64,000 nt of DNA from the human T2T-CHM13v2.0 reference genome, Homo sapiens. Positions 1 to 14,789 of this stretch are shown here, in pieces (the stretch's first letter is position 1; the number at the start of each line of letters is the position of its first letter). Made by a program: the position numbers and the translations under genes. The notes beneath the pieces are model-generated. The model was given only the letters and a program-made list of their open reading frames with translations. It did not search any database and had not been told where the DNA came from. The stretch is from the NCBI RefSeq assembly GCF_009914755.1, contig NC_060930.1; one strand, 5' to 3'.

Positions 1-3000
1 TGATCCTGACATGAAGATGCAAGGTGTCTCCCTAGCCCCTCTGAGCTGTAGCTCTCTGTGTGCTGTGCCTATACTGGCTGACCCAACGTGATGAGAACCT
101 GGAATAAGTGGTTTTGAGGATTGGATTTACTGATCTCTGGCAGTGTGACCTACCAGGACAGGCCACTTGCCCTTTCTCGGCTGAGCTGTCCTTTTTGCAA
201 CACGAAGTCATAATCACAGCCTACCCATTCACTGGGACCTTGCAGAAACCAAGCCTTACGGAGAGTTAAGGTGCATTATGGATGGAAAGTGCCACACAAG
301 AGTACCTTCTTTCCACTAGGAAAACCTTGACTTGGCTGGTGCTGTTCTAGGATCAACTGCTTTTCCTTTCCTTGGCCTCCTGCATTGAGTTTGCCTTTCT
401 CCCCCCAGCCCCCTGTGTCAACATCACGGGCTCCTTAGGAGCCCCACTCACAGCTCCACAACTGCTAATGTTCACTTCTGTGGAAAATGATAGGTGACAA
501 GTTGCTCTCGGAGATGCCCACAATCAGATAAGCCAGGAGGGGAAACAAGTTCTTCTGGAAGGGAAACAGCCTGTACTATGGAAATTAAATATTCCTTAGA
601 GGAGAGCAGGAAACTTTAGATCCCAGCCACGGGTTTCTGAGGAAGGTTCACCAGAGAAACTGGGGCATCCCTGGGGCACGGACTGGGAAGGATGGAAGCT
701 GTTACTCCTGACATCTGCAACTGTCATTTGGAGCCTGGGTCTGGGCTGTGTGTCCCCCTACCCCTGCCCCAACACTGGCAACATGATCAAAGTCATACTT
801 CCCCTTTTCCCCCTGTGGGGGCCCCAGCGCCCTTCTAGTCATTCAGCAATCAGGGCGCATGTGCTTTTCAAGTCAGTGCCCTGATATTTATCTGCAAGCA
901 GGGATGTGAGAGGCAGCCTCCTGCCATTCCCGACATGGGGAAACTGAGTCACAAAAGGGCTGAGGTGAGTGGTCACGTGAAAGCCACTCTGAACAGAGCT
1001 CTGGATGTACTCTGCTCTCCTTGTCTCATGTGCACATACAGACACACAGACAGACACACACTGAGTTTTACAGCTCTCTAAAATTTATGAGCAAAGTCAA
1101 GTACCCGGAGATCTCTTAATTAAGCAGCCTTCCCCTAGGAGAAAGGAAATGGCCTTCCATATTCTTAGCACCGACACTGGATTGCATGATTTACTACCTG
1201 AGGCTTGCATTTCTCCCCACATCAACTCCCCTCTAGTGCAAACATCTATCACTTTGAAGGCAGTTCAAACACCACCTTCCCCTTGTCTTCCCCTGTCCCT
1301 GGTGCCCTCCAGCCCCTTAGCATTTCCTCCGATCTGCCTCCTTGCCCCAGAGGTCCAAGATCAGGCTGGAGCCCTGAACAGACACCATGCTGTCACCCAT
1401 CCAGTGAAAGAGAAAGCCCTGCATGCCCAGGACTGGCACCAAGGGGCTGCCCTGCTGCTAGAAGGTGGGGCTGGTGCGGGGTCCCTCCTCAGCCCACTGT
1501 GGCTGCTGATGGCTGCCATGAAGATATATGGGTTTAATCAGGCCCCTGACAGGTAAAGACCCTGACAACGAGGACAGTTTGTTCTCTGAAACTGTTGAGT
1601 ATCTAAGCCCAATGTTTACTTTGGAATTGAATGAATAACATTGTTCTGGGAAAGGAAATTTAAAAAAGCAGGCTTGTAATTTACAGTAGAGAGGAGAGCA
1701 GATCTGGAGGTCTTGCTACCCCCATCCCAGGCCCAGGCCCCCCTCCTGCAAACCCTCACTATGTCTTTTTGCTGTTTTAAACTTCTAAACACACCACAAC
1801 CAACCAGCTCATCTTCTCAGCCCTGCCAGTAAAGGTCTCAACATTGCCAGGCTCCTTATAGCTGCCAAGATAACACATTGCTTCAAGGCAAAAGGTTTTT
1901 TTCCCTTCCCTTTTTAAAAAATCAAAACCAAAAGCCACTGAAATTCCAAATGCTGTGAGACCCATTCAAAATGTGGAGTGATTATCTGGAATGATTATCT
2001 GGGGTAGGCCAGAGGTTCACCTGCACCCACTCCCACCAGGTCAGGACAGAGTGGCTTTTTATCAAAAAAAAAAATAAGGGGGAGAAGCCCACCAAACCCC
2101 CAAAAGCCAAACCTAGCAAAACATGCCCCTCTTCTAGGGTTGAGGAATCCCTTTGCTGAGGATGGTCAATTTACTTTAAAATTCTTGGGGGTGGGGGAGA
2201 GGGATAGTTTCTTTGTAGCCAGCATCTAGAAGACTCCTGGGGACTTTCTTTGAACAGAGACCAGTGGCAGCACCTCTTGCTTGTGCTTAGGCATGGGGTG
2301 ACGCTTCCTAGTAGTGGGCATCTTGGCCGGCTAGAGGGTGCTCGAGACCAGCCTGTTTCCCTTAAACAGGAGAAGTCTCTTTTCTGAAAGAAGCACGCCT
2401 TTGATTAGGTAGAGACTGACTCGGAGACCTGAAAATTCCATGTCTTTCACCTGCCTCCCTCTCTGAACTTGTGCCCAGATGTAAGACAGAAGGAAGGGGT
2501 TGGGGGAGGGTCTCAGAAAGACCCATCCCCGGGTCTGGCCATAGACTGGAACAGGACCCTCACACTCTTCTTCTGGCTTTGGGCAGGGACACCTACTTCT
2601 CCCATCCTCCATCAACCAGGGCCTCACTGCCCGCCTGCCCGCTGGCCTACCTCAGATGCCTCAGATTAGCTAATTGACATGGGGAGGCCACTTTGAACAT
2701 TTCAAGGCCTGGTCAGGGGCCAAGTCTCATTACTTAGCTTCAAAGTCAAAAACTCCATAAAAAGTTCATTGGTGGAGCTGATTGTTCCAGATTGTCCTAA
2801 CGGAACTGAGCCCACCACGGCACCCCGGGCCTCACGTTTTAATGTGGGGCGACAGCCCGTGTGTGGTACTGAGCTGGGATGGGGGAGGGGGGCACAGGAG
2901 GCCAAGACCCAGTTTGCATTTTCTTTTCTCTTTTCAAACACTTAAAAATTACAAAAAGACTAACCACACTACACAACATTGGAAAACAAGAGAAAAAATA

Positions 3001-3341
3001 AAAGATTCCAGAAACCCATACCCTAATACAACAATATTTCTTTATGTATATTTTTTATATACTACTAATCAGCATATGTATACAAAAATGGCCTGCTTTT
3101 TTTTTTTTTTGCTAAGCATTAAATCATAAGCATTTCCTACCTCTTCATGACCAATATTTTAAGTGGGTATGTGATATTCTGTCCCGGAAGTATGGACTGA
3201 TTGTTACACATTTAGGTTGTTTATAGTTTTACATTTTTACAAATAACAGAAAACATATTTATATTTTCCCACGATTGATTTTTAAATTTTAAAAAAGTAA
3301 CATTTTTTAAATGTTTTTTAAACTTTTTTTTAAAAAGTCAC

Positions 3342-3343
<2 letters not shown>

Positions 3344-3372
<29 letters not shown>
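3344..3372. repeat. poly-T run (29 nt) within an AT-rich, probably old L1M-derived tract
   Basis: Uninterrupted T run seen directly. Confidence 0.9.
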
Positions 3373-3375
<3 letters not shown>

Positions 3376-3639
3376 GTGTGGAAAATCTGGGAAAGTATAA
3401 AGAAGTTAATAAAAGTCACCTGTGATTGTTCTACCAAGCGAGAATCACTGCTAACCTTCGGGGGTATTTCCTTCATGTGTATATATTAGAAACAGGATCG
3501 TGCTGCACAGAAGTTTTGTAGGTCCCTGGGGCCGGGAGAATAAAATTGGCAGAGGAAATATTTCCAGGAGAGATTCAGTGTGTGACATGTGTGCATTCGA
3601 AGTTGGATGACATTTTCGTTGCGAATGTGGGACAGCCCT

Positions 3640-4470
3640 GTGCCCAGCCCCAGGGCCAGGCGGGTGGCCGAGGTTTCCTGATCAGGGACGAGGATGCTCC
3701 CAGGGCCAGCAAGGCCACGGGGGCACAAGCAAACGCACTTTCCTCATTTCTTCTGACAAGCGCATTGGAGCCCCTGATTTATGGCCACACTTCATGGGAC
3801 ACTAGTAAACGTCCCATAGTATATTTTGTAAGAGTAATGAAGTCTCAGGAACCCGGCCCTCCCCGCGGCCTCTGCTAATAAATTTCCTTGGGCGAGGGGT
3901 GAGCTGCCAGGCGCTGGGCCAGAGTTGCGGGCTGCGGATTAGCAGAGGGGGCACCAGCCTGTCCCCTGGGGGCCGCCGCTCCACCCCGGGCTCTCGTAGG
4001 CGGTGGGGGGCTTTGCGGCGCCCCCAGGCCAGCCACGCCGGGAGCGCAGCCCCGTAGAGCTCAATGTGGAGCTCTCAAAAGGCAGGAGGAAGATGAAAAG
4101 TGAGTCGAGAAGCTGGAGAGGAAGGGGGGAAACCCCAAACCATAATTGCCGCTTTCCTTCTGCAGCTCAGGTTGCTGGCCCGGGGCTGAGGGGCGGCAAG
4201 GGCTGTTTCTTTTTTGACTACTGTTTTCCTGAAGTTTGAGGCTGGACTATGGGATGAAAGAAGACCGAGGGGCAACTGGCATGGGCTGGGTTGTGCGGGG
4301 CCACCGCAGGAGCGGGTGGGGGCGGGGGGAAGGGGACGGGAGGGGCTGAAGATTTTTCTATCTCCCCCCACCCCCATCCCCAAGCCACACAAACTTCAAA
4401 GGGCTGGGGACAGGGAATCCATTTGTCACTCCGCAGAATAGCTGCCCCCCCCCCGCCCCCCTTAATGCTC
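3640..4470. promoter_or_regulatory. CpG-rich, GC-rich island; candidate enhancer or promoter
   Basis: Many CpGs retained against a CpG-poor background; repeat-free; TGATTTATGG at 3775-3784; G-tracts at 4314-4345. Confidence 0.55.
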
Positions 4471-4659
4471 CCTTCCTCTTCATAGATCTGCTTCGAAGCT
4501 GGATGTTTCTTCACGAATTTTAATTCAACTCTCATTTCAGCCAGCCCCTTCCAGGTCCCACACCAGGTGCTGAGGACACAAAGATGAGTAAGACACACCA
4601 CTCGCCTCAGGGAGGTCCCGTTCTGTGCTGTCAAATCACCCAGAGTGCAAGCTGACACT

Positions 4660-5000
4660 AATTGACTGCTTACCATGGGCCAGACGCTGTTCCAGACACT
4701 TTACATGTATTCATCCATTTACTCCTCACAAAACCTAAAGCAGGTGTTGTGTTATCATCTCACTGTTAATCGGGCACTGAGACAGTAAGTGACTTGCCCA
4801 GGATCCCTCTGGTTCTTGAGTCAGGTTCTCAGAGATCCCTCAAGTCTCAAGGACTTGAAACAGGCAGGCTACCCAGACTTCCTCTCTAACAAGCAGCTTA
4901 CTCCACACACAAGGAAACCAAGGCCCGAAGAGGAGAAGTGACTTGCCCAATGCCACACAGAAAAGTGGCAAGGCTGGAACTAGACCCCAGCCAACACCCC
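4660..5000 (-). mobile_element. MIR fragments
   Basis: Reverse-complement MIR core pieces (tcctcacaaaacc; gtgacttgccca occurs twice). Confidence 0.65.
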
Positions 5001-8000
5001 CACTGAAACATCCAGCTGCCCTCTTTGGCTGTGTGGATGCCTCTCACACATATTCCAAGACATGAAGTGAGAACCATTTTCTGGCATCTGGAAACTTCCT
5101 GTTTGTAAGGACCACCCAATAGACCTACAAGGAACCATGGAGACAGTGATTTAAGGAAAGAAACAAAATGAACTCCAGATCAGAGAGCTGGGGGACATTT
5201 CAGTATCAGTGGCATTGGGAATGAGTTTCTTTAAGTTAAAAATTTATATTTTAGTAACCAGAAATTTCCCATGTCTATCGGATGGAGTTTTACCAATTTT
5301 CAAGGAATCAGAAAATGATCAAGATAACTACATTTGATACTGAACAATGCTGAATACTGAGTGAGGTTTTGTGGCTGTGGGTCATTGCCATACACATCAG
5401 TTAGCGTGGAACCACTGGTGAGCAGAGGCCTCCATTCTCCACCTGGACTTGCAGCCATGGCATGACAGCCTGGAACAGAACACCCAGTGTGAACATCAGG
5501 AACCAGAAGATGCTTGGTAGCACACATCAGAAATGGCAGGAGAACCCTTGCTGGGTGTCAGAGCCCAAGCGACTGTGCACAGAGTGCTTGATCATGAAGT
5601 TACTCTGGTGCCCCAGCCAGAATTCCCACACCTTAAAAAAGCAATTGCAAGTGCTGCAACAGACCTCTTCGTGGAAAAGCAAACCTCACAAATAAAATCT
5701 GGGTTTGAAAATAAAATGCCTGACCTAATTTGATGGTGACTGCCTTCCAGGTTGGTTTGTGTGGGGGCACTGGGATGTCGGGGCTCTGGTTCTTATTAGA
5801 ATTCTCCTGTGCTCTCAGGATGGGCAAACCTGGCTCATTGCAGGCCGGACCCACAGCAGGGCTGGGAAAGGGCCCTCAACTGGGAGTCAGGGACCTCAAA
5901 TGTACCAACCAGCAGTGGCACATCACGTCTCCGTGATTCAGGTATGAAATAAGGGCAAGAAGATCTTACAGCCCATAAGGGGTGGCTGGGCCTGACCTGG
6001 TGCAGGCATTGTAAGACCCTGACCTTGGCAGTCCTTGCAGCAACCCTGGGCAGCACGTATCATTGTGGCCATTTTACAGACGAAGAGACTGAGGCATCGA
6101 GGGATTACGAGGCCCACTGTGCTCTGTGGGTGGGTGTGAAATGACTCACAGCTAAGTGCTGTGTAAATACAGAAGATCATAGTTACAAACTGTCCCAATA
6201 CATGCGTGTGTGTGAGCCAAGGCCTAACACGTCACTGGCAGATCTATTTGCTCAGTCGTGTTAGTCCCTCCCCTTCTTTCTTTCCTCTCTAGGGCAGGGG
6301 ACAACAAAAGGAAGATGGAAGTATTCCCTAATACAGCTGGAGGATTCACGTTACCCATGCCGGGAGAATAGCCAAGGAAGGAAACCCCAGCTCACGCCCT
6401 CCTGCATTCTTTACAAGGACACACGGGAGTGGGGAGCATGCCCTGAGCAGAGCGGACTCAAGCTTGGGCCCCTGTTCGAGGAGTGCTAAAAAATCTTGCG
6501 CCCTCTGGATGCTTTTTGAAATTTCAAAATGGATGAAACAGTGACTTCAAAAAATCAATGGTAATTTTAGATCAGGCTTTTTGCAAACTTCTCACTTCCT
6601 CCTGGAGAGCCTGATAAACACAGGGCAGGCACTGACAAATGCTAGTTTCATTCCAGGAAGGTGTGAAAATTGAGTTTGTTGGGCATTGCCTGGGCTTCAG
6701 GCAGGAAAGAACGAATGGCACTTTCCTGGGGACGACTCCTCTCACTGCAAGACTTTAGGGCCTGGGCAGAGTAAAGATGGTCCAGACCTGCCCTGGCCAG
6801 CAGTTCTTGGCCACAATGGAGAGGCTCTGTGACAAAATAGTGTGCTACACAATGTGCATGTCTTGATGTTGTTACTAATATTGCTGTAATTATTCCTGAT
6901 TCTGTGATTTTCCACTAGGTCACACTGCTTTGTAATTTTGGCTTTGACTTCTTAGCAGGAATGAGCTGTAGGTGACTTAGGAGGTGTCTGTTTGCTCATC
7001 ATTTATTCTGTTCACTGCTTGGATTTCATCTGCTATTCTTTTTTTTTCCTTCAGTTTACCTAATGTGGGCCAACATTTCCTGGGTATCCATGACACAAGA
7101 GGAATCTTGGGAAAGGCCCCGGCCCTGAAGGAACTTAGACTGGCCTAGAGGAAACCAGGCATAGACCAGTCATAGGTAAATGATTAGGTGTCACTATATG
7201 GTTGAGCGCCGTAAAACTCAGGCTTTCTGTCCAAGGTAACTATTTTTTCAACTTTCTCTTCCATTCTCTTAAGGCCAGAACAAATCTGGCTTAATTACAA
7301 CATGGCCTCTTTGAACATCAGTTGACTTGAAACCAAGGTTTGATGAGATGCTGTTTAAAGGACCTTCCAGTTCTAGCTGAGGGGGTCTGAGAGACTCATG
7401 TTAGCACAGGAGAGGGGCTCACTGCCCTTGAGTCTGAATGTCCCTTGTCCCTGAAGCCCTCTGCTCCCAGCCGAGCCTCTACCCTGGCTGGCTCCTCATG
7501 TTGGCACCGCCCTGCTGCATTACCTGGCTCCTGTGCTTTTTCAACTCCTTTTCTTTTTTTCTTTCTGTCTTTAGGGAAAAAGTGAAAAAGAGCAGACATT
7601 TCTAGCACACTGTGGGTGGCCTGTAGGGGAGATGATGAGTTAGAAGACTGGTGGGGAGGGACACACTGTTGACTCACCGGGTCACCCCTGGAGCCATTTT
7701 ACATCACCAAGAGATGATCACTGGACTCTGCTGGTGGGCACTGTCCTATGCCCTGCAGGAGGCCTCCCAGGAACCCAGAGCAATACTGGTTGTGTGAGCA
7801 TAAGGAGGGGCAGTGACTCTGCAGAGCACTAAGACCCTTCATGGGGCAGACGACAGAGAGCCCCATGGGGGCTGTGGTTCTCGCCAACTCCAGGCAACTG
7901 ACTCCAAATGCCCTCTTCTCTCCAAGTCTACTCCCTCCACCCTGCAGACTGAGTGGCCCCACCCAGAGCCACACGGGCCACACCCTGGCCTATACTGGGC

Positions 8001-8266
8001 ACTCAGGGTGAATAGCTGCTGCTTAGCACAGCGCCTGACCACATGGTGTGTAGGTGGCCAGAGAAATTCAGCTTAATGAATGACTGCTTCAAAGCCACAA
8101 CATATTAAGCTAAAATAGTTATTAAATGAATAGCAATTGACACAGCACTTTTATATGTCTCTTATTTTCTTATTATGATTTATTTATCTTTTCCTGTCCA
8201 GCTCTCGTTGTTTTGAAGACCCAAGGATAATGAGGTACACTTAACTGGCAATCAAGAAACCCTAGG

Positions 8267-9032
<766 letters not shown>

Positions 9033-9329
9033 TCAGTGACAGGTGTGATGGGCTACTTCCTAAGATGCTCTACATCTGCAAAGACCTTCAAGGAGGAGAA
9101 TGTCCCCATTACTCTCTGGTCATCAGGCCCCAGGCCCTGAAGTTCTGGCATCATCCAAGAAAGCTTTTGCTGTGCCTAATACGACCAGTCCTGCAGTGGG
9201 AGATGTGACTCTGAATGAATGCAGCCAATTTCCGTAAGCCATCTAAGATGGCAAGTTCTATGATTTTTCTTCAGGATCTCAGTTTAAATGCCCCCCCGTC
9301 AGGAAGCAATTTCTGAAAGGACTGAAGGA

Positions 9330-9710
9330 GTGAGCTGTGCAAACGCAGCATCTGCAGGAAGAGAATTCGAAACAGAGGGGCTAGCAAGAGTCTATTTGGC
9401 TGGGACTGAGAGAGTGGGAAGAATGGGAAGACACAGGCTTAGAAAGTGGCCAGAAGCCACATCGCATAGGGACTGTGGGACATAGGAAGGACTTTGGATT
9501 TTATTATAGGAGCAGTTAAAAGTCATCAGTGGGTTATGAGTGGGAAGGTGACACGATCTGGCTGTCATTTGGAGAACAGGACTGTGGGAGAGGGAGGAGA
9601 AGCTGAAGATGGAATTTGCTAGTGTGTTGAATGTGGAGATATGAGTATAATAGCAATCAGTGATAACTGAGATTTTTGGCTTAAGTAACCAGATGAATGG
9701 ACAATCTGGC
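9330..9710 (-). mobile_element. L2 fragment
   Basis: L2-like antisense text (aaggactttggattttatt; gtgacacgatctgg). Confidence 0.55.
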
Positions 9711-9897
9711 CTCCTGGAACCCAAGTCTTGCCAAGTACCTTGTAATATCTCTGTTCATTCCTCTCTGTTCTTTCTACCACTGCCTTGTTCAAGTTCCCAT
9801 CACTCCTCCTGGGATTCCTGCATTTATTGCCAATCAACCCCATTGTCAAAGAATAGGTTTTATTTCCCTCTCATGCTTGAGAACTCTGATGGCCACC

Positions 9898-10430
9898 TAT
9901 ATTGGTTAGTTATTGCTAAATAGAGCTAAAAACCACAAACATTTATTATTTCACACTTTCTATGGATCATGAATCTGGGGACATCTTAACTGGGTCCCCT
10001 AGCTCAGGGTCACACAAGGCTGCAATTGAGGGGGCAGCTAGGTTGGGGCTCATCTGAAGGCTCAGTCCAGGGAGGACCCAGCCTGAGCTCACTCACGGGA
10101 TCGCTGGAAGGATTCCATTCCTTGCTGGCTGTTGGACTGAGCACCTCTTGTCCTCGCTAGCTGTGGGCCAGAGATATCAGCTCCTTGACACATAGGTCTT
10201 TCCACAGAGCAGCTTGCAGCCTGGTACTGGCTCCCGTCAGAGTGAGCTAATGAGAGAGCAAGAGAGAACACCCAAGAAGGAAGCCACAGCATTTTTGCAA
10301 CCTCATCACTTTTGCCATAGTCTCTTTGTTAGAAGTGAGGTACTAGGTCCAGTCTACTCTCATGGAAGGCACTTGTGCAAAGGCATGAATACCAGGAGAG
10401 AGGGCTCACTGGGTGCCATCTTCAAGGCAG
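9898..10430 (-). mobile_element. MaLR LTR (MLT1F-like)
   Basis: atttattatttcacactttctatggatcatgaatctggg ... ggcatgaataccaggag ... gccatctt. Confidence 0.7.
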
Positions 10431-10903
10431 ATGCTCTCTCACCTCTCTCCTGTATCTTCTGCTCCAACTCCTCATGCTGGTCATTCACTTGCCGATCCTG
10501 AAAGAGCTATCTGTTTTCTGTACACTTTCCACCTTGGAGATTTTCTTCTGCTCATTACCTCAGGCCTGGAAGTGAAGCATTTGGCCATAATTCTCACTCT
10601 GCTTGCTTCTGTCGGCGCTCTTGGTCCATGTGTTTGTTCTTCCCAGTTCGAATTTGTGCTCAGTGACCTTCCGGACTATAACTTACTTGTTTGTGGGTTC
10701 CCATTGTCAAATATGGTGTCTGACACAAAGTAGATTGTTATTTGACTCTGCTCAGTATGAATGAGTGAGTTTTAATTAGAGCAAAAGAAAAAATTCAGGA
10801 AGGTAAACCTACTCATTGGGCAGATTCTAAAGTCAAACAAGGCCTTAAGATGGTTTATTTTAGGTCATCTGTGCCAAGCTTCCTCTCCACTGGAAACTCC
10901 TAA

Positions 10904-11197
<294 letters not shown>

Positions 11198-12099
11198 TGA
11201 GGTCTAGGGAGGTTAAGTGTCAGGACCACATGCAGATGGCTAGCACCTGGTAGAACCAGGCTTAGCTCAGTTCAGTTCAGAACATATGTATCAATGCCTC
11301 TTACATTTCAGGGCCTACATTTTCATACAGAAAAGTAAGATACAGTTCCTGCCCTCAAGGGGTTCACAGTCTCCTAGTGGAGACTGACATATGAACAGAT
11401 CCACCCTACTCAGTGGGGAAAGCCCCTGGTCTTCTCTGACCACTTGAGTTGTCTCTGAAATGATTTACGCAATAAAAGCAGGATAGTGTAGGGCCAGAAC
11501 AATGGCCCCCAAATCTAACTGGTGTTTGGAGCCATCTGGACGGCTTTTAGAAACACAGATTCTGATTGATGGGTCCAGAATAAAAACCAGGTGATATTGA
11601 TGGGCGGGCATGTTTGAGACCCTCTGGTTTGCAGGGTTTTTTGGTCTTTGGAGAACAATCAACTGATCTGAAAGTTTCTCAGTGGGAAGAAGGGAGACTT
11701 CTCATGGGCTCAGCCTGCTAAACCTCCCCAGGTATTTCTCTTCCGTGGACTGCACCCATTAGAGTGGGCCCCTGGTCCTGCTGTCACCTACAGATGTCCC
11801 CTACTCTGCTCTCGTGTGTCCCAGTCACACCTTTTCCTCATATTGTTGGTCCCAACTAACTCCCACCTGTCTTAGGCATCTCACCCAGGTTTCAAACAAT
11901 GAAGTGCTTTCAGGGAGCAGTTCCCAGGCTGCGGTTACTCCCCTTCCCGGGTCACAGAGGGTTGTGGTCATTTCCTTCTTGGGATGCCCCACCTATCAGT
12001 CTGATGCTTTGCATGCCTTTTGCTGTGAACAGAGCTGCTAAACTCTAGAGAGTAGGTCATTTTGGGGTTTACATTTTGACCCTTCACCTGCTTCCAGTC

Positions 12100-12400
12100 T
12101 TGATTCCAATGTCACCTCAGTGAGTTCTTCTCTGACTACCCATTTCAAATGCACTCCTGCCTCCTACATGCCCCATCCCCTAACTGCTCAAATGTCCTCC
12201 AGAGTACCTGATTACTTTCTAATTCACTGTATCACTTACTGATTTATTCTGTTTCTCATCTCCCTCCTGACAACAGAGTATGAGCTCCCAAGAAGGCAGG
12301 GCTGTCTCCTCTGTTCATGGACATATCCCCAGGACCCAGTACAGTGACTGACACACAGTAGGCTTTCAGAAAGATGCATTGAATGTGTAAGTCTTGAGCA
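12100..12400 (+). mobile_element. L2 3' end
   Basis: tgagctcccaagaaggcaggg ... cagtgactgacacacagtagg ... ttgaatg. Confidence 0.65.
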
Positions 12401-13694
12401 ATGCCTTTGCATGCAACAGTGTTCTCTAAATGCTGTTTGGTTGGTTGGTTGATTGACAAAGCCAGCCAAATCAGGGCAGGCTCATCTGCTTCTCTTCCAG
12501 AAGATGCCCTGGACTGAGGCTTGGAGACTTATTTCTCAGGGTTAATAGAGTGAGCCTTGTTGAGACTGTCACAGCCTTCCCAGCTGGGCTGAAAAATGCC
12601 TTTGGAATCTGATGCTGGGGAGGCAATGGGCCAGCTCCAAGACTTCCCAAGGAGCTGGAGTCAGGGCTGGCTCCACATCCCGTTTGTCAGCCCCAGCATG
12701 CAGACGAGAGGCCATCAGTTGCCAAGGACTTTGTTTTATTGTCATTGCAGTTGGCTTCCCTCGGGGCTGGAGCTGCCGGGCAGCAGCCATCAAGCCCTGG
12801 CTGCTGGGCTGGGGTAATATTAGCAATTCCATAATTCTCACCCGAGCCACAGCTGAAAAGAGGAACTGCTGGAGGTGGCTGAGAAAACAGGAGCCTCGGC
12901 GGCAGCAGGAGGAGGAAGAGCTAGTACTGGCTGTTCTCTCTCTAACTTCCTCACAGACCTAGCCTTGGGACATGGCTCATGGAGCTTCCTCCAGCCCAGC
13001 CTCTGTTCAGTTTTTCCAAGGCTTATCACAGAAAGAGGGCTGGGGTGTTATTTTTAAGTCTTAGCTACCCAGAATTCTCAGGAAATTTTGATATCATCTT
13101 GTAGATCCCACCATAGACAGCCTGCATCGCAGGCTAGAGGGATTGCTGCTTGGAGATGTATTCAAAATGTTCCTTCTGTTATATGTGCCTCCCAGACCTC
13201 CGGAAAGAGGTGCTGCCATATTGATAAATTACCCCAGGACAGTTCTCGCCACCTCTGGCCTGTGAAGCACCCCCACATTTGTGGGACAATGAGCCTTTGC
13301 ACCAACCCTGGTCTGAGACATCCCTGGGCTCTGGCCCTAGAGCGGGCAGGCCTCTTACACTACGTGGCTGTCTGGGGATGGCTCAGCCGTTGTGGTACAT
13401 CCCTGTTCCTTACTTAGGAAGAAAAAATAATTGATGTCCTAAAAGTTGTCTTGTCAAAGAGCTGCCCTGTGGTACCTGAAGGTGAGATCAGAATTGAGAG
13501 CCCAGAAGTTTCTCCAACCAAAGAGTCCATCCGAGGGACTGGGCAGGGAGGCAAAAGTAAATGGACACAGGTCCCCCAGAATCAAAGCAGATAGCTCATG
13601 TGAATTATTAGTCATGTAACAGCATGCCCTCTGTCCCTCCAAGCCCATATTTAAAGCTAAATAATGTTTCAGCCCCCAACTCTGACATCTATCT

Positions 13695-13960
13695 AGGCCA
13701 GCCTTTCTTGAAACCACACTCTGACACATGAAGCCTATAAGATGCTTCATGAAAAAGGGTTCCTAGATACAAATAATTTGGGAAACACTGCCTGCCTTCT
13801 TGGAGATTCACAGCACCTATGAAAGGCTCTGAGAAGTTCTGCAATGAAGAAATTTGTTTCATTCTATTTCATCCAGTATTTCCCACACTCAAACTCTTTT
13901 ATCACCTTCTAATATCCCTTGTATTGGGGTTTCCCATAGAGCCCACTGGGAAGCACAGGT
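13695..13960. mobile_element. hAT-Charlie MER (MER112-like)
   Basis: ttgggaaacactg; aaaggctctgagaagttctgca; ccagtatttccca. Confidence 0.5.
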
Positions 13961-14789
13961 CCTGAGGATAGGCTTCTAGAAATACTGATGATTGGTTTGG
14001 CCCACTTGGCACCTTTAGTCCCCGACTCCATGTGATCTTCACTCATGGCTGCACAGCCTTCCACTGAAGCCCACCTGCTTGGTAGGGAGCATCAGACAGT
14101 TCAAGCTCACTAATAAGAGCCAGGAGCAGAACCTTGTTGTCTAGACCACCAAGCCTCTTTCCCAAGCTGTTTTCATGTGGTAGGGTGTTTTCACCATTCA
14201 CTATGTCAGCACGGATGAACCTAGGCCCTTGCAAAGTTAAAATTGTATATAGGTTTGGCTTTAGGACCCTACTCCCACTTCCCTCCTTTCAGCACCTCCT
14301 CCTGCCACACTGTCTGGTGCTGCCATCTGCTTACCCTACCAAGGCAAAGCAGCTACCCAGATTAAGTTCTTTTTTTCTCTTCATCCATCACACTGTCTCC
14401 TTTACCCAAAAGGCAACCTGGAGGAGGTAAGGTTGAATGCAGAAGTTGAAGAATGACCAGCTCACCAGGGGAATAAGACAAAGGTGGGTGGCATAGGCTC
14501 ATTTGGTTCTCAAGACAATCTTAAGAGCTTGGCAGAATTGGTATAATTGACCTCATTTTTGCTGCTGAAGAAAATGAGGTACAGTTCTCAGCCCTGAATT
14601 CATCTTGATAACAAGGAACAGGACCAGGAACTGAGCTCAACACTCCAGAGCTTATATCTCTTCCTCAACAGCTCTGGGACCCCAGGGCTATCCTCCTATG
14701 CCAAGGTGGCTGACTTTGGTGGTGAACATTTCTTTATAGTTTATCACACAAGTATGGATCCCTAAGCTCTGCAGTTCTGTTTTGCCCAT

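Noticed and set aside
3270-3345. AT-rich quasi-palindrome (possible cruciform)
   Set aside because: Low-complexity A/T runs pair by chance and the stems are short.
3940-4030. CTCF-like GGGGGCRC motifs
   Set aside because: The 5' half of the CTCF core matches poorly, and such matches are expected in GC-rich DNA.
12690-12930. GC-rich unique block with plus-strand acceptor- and donor-like sites
   Set aside because: It is a single isolated candidate with no partner exons and cannot be supported without conservation data.
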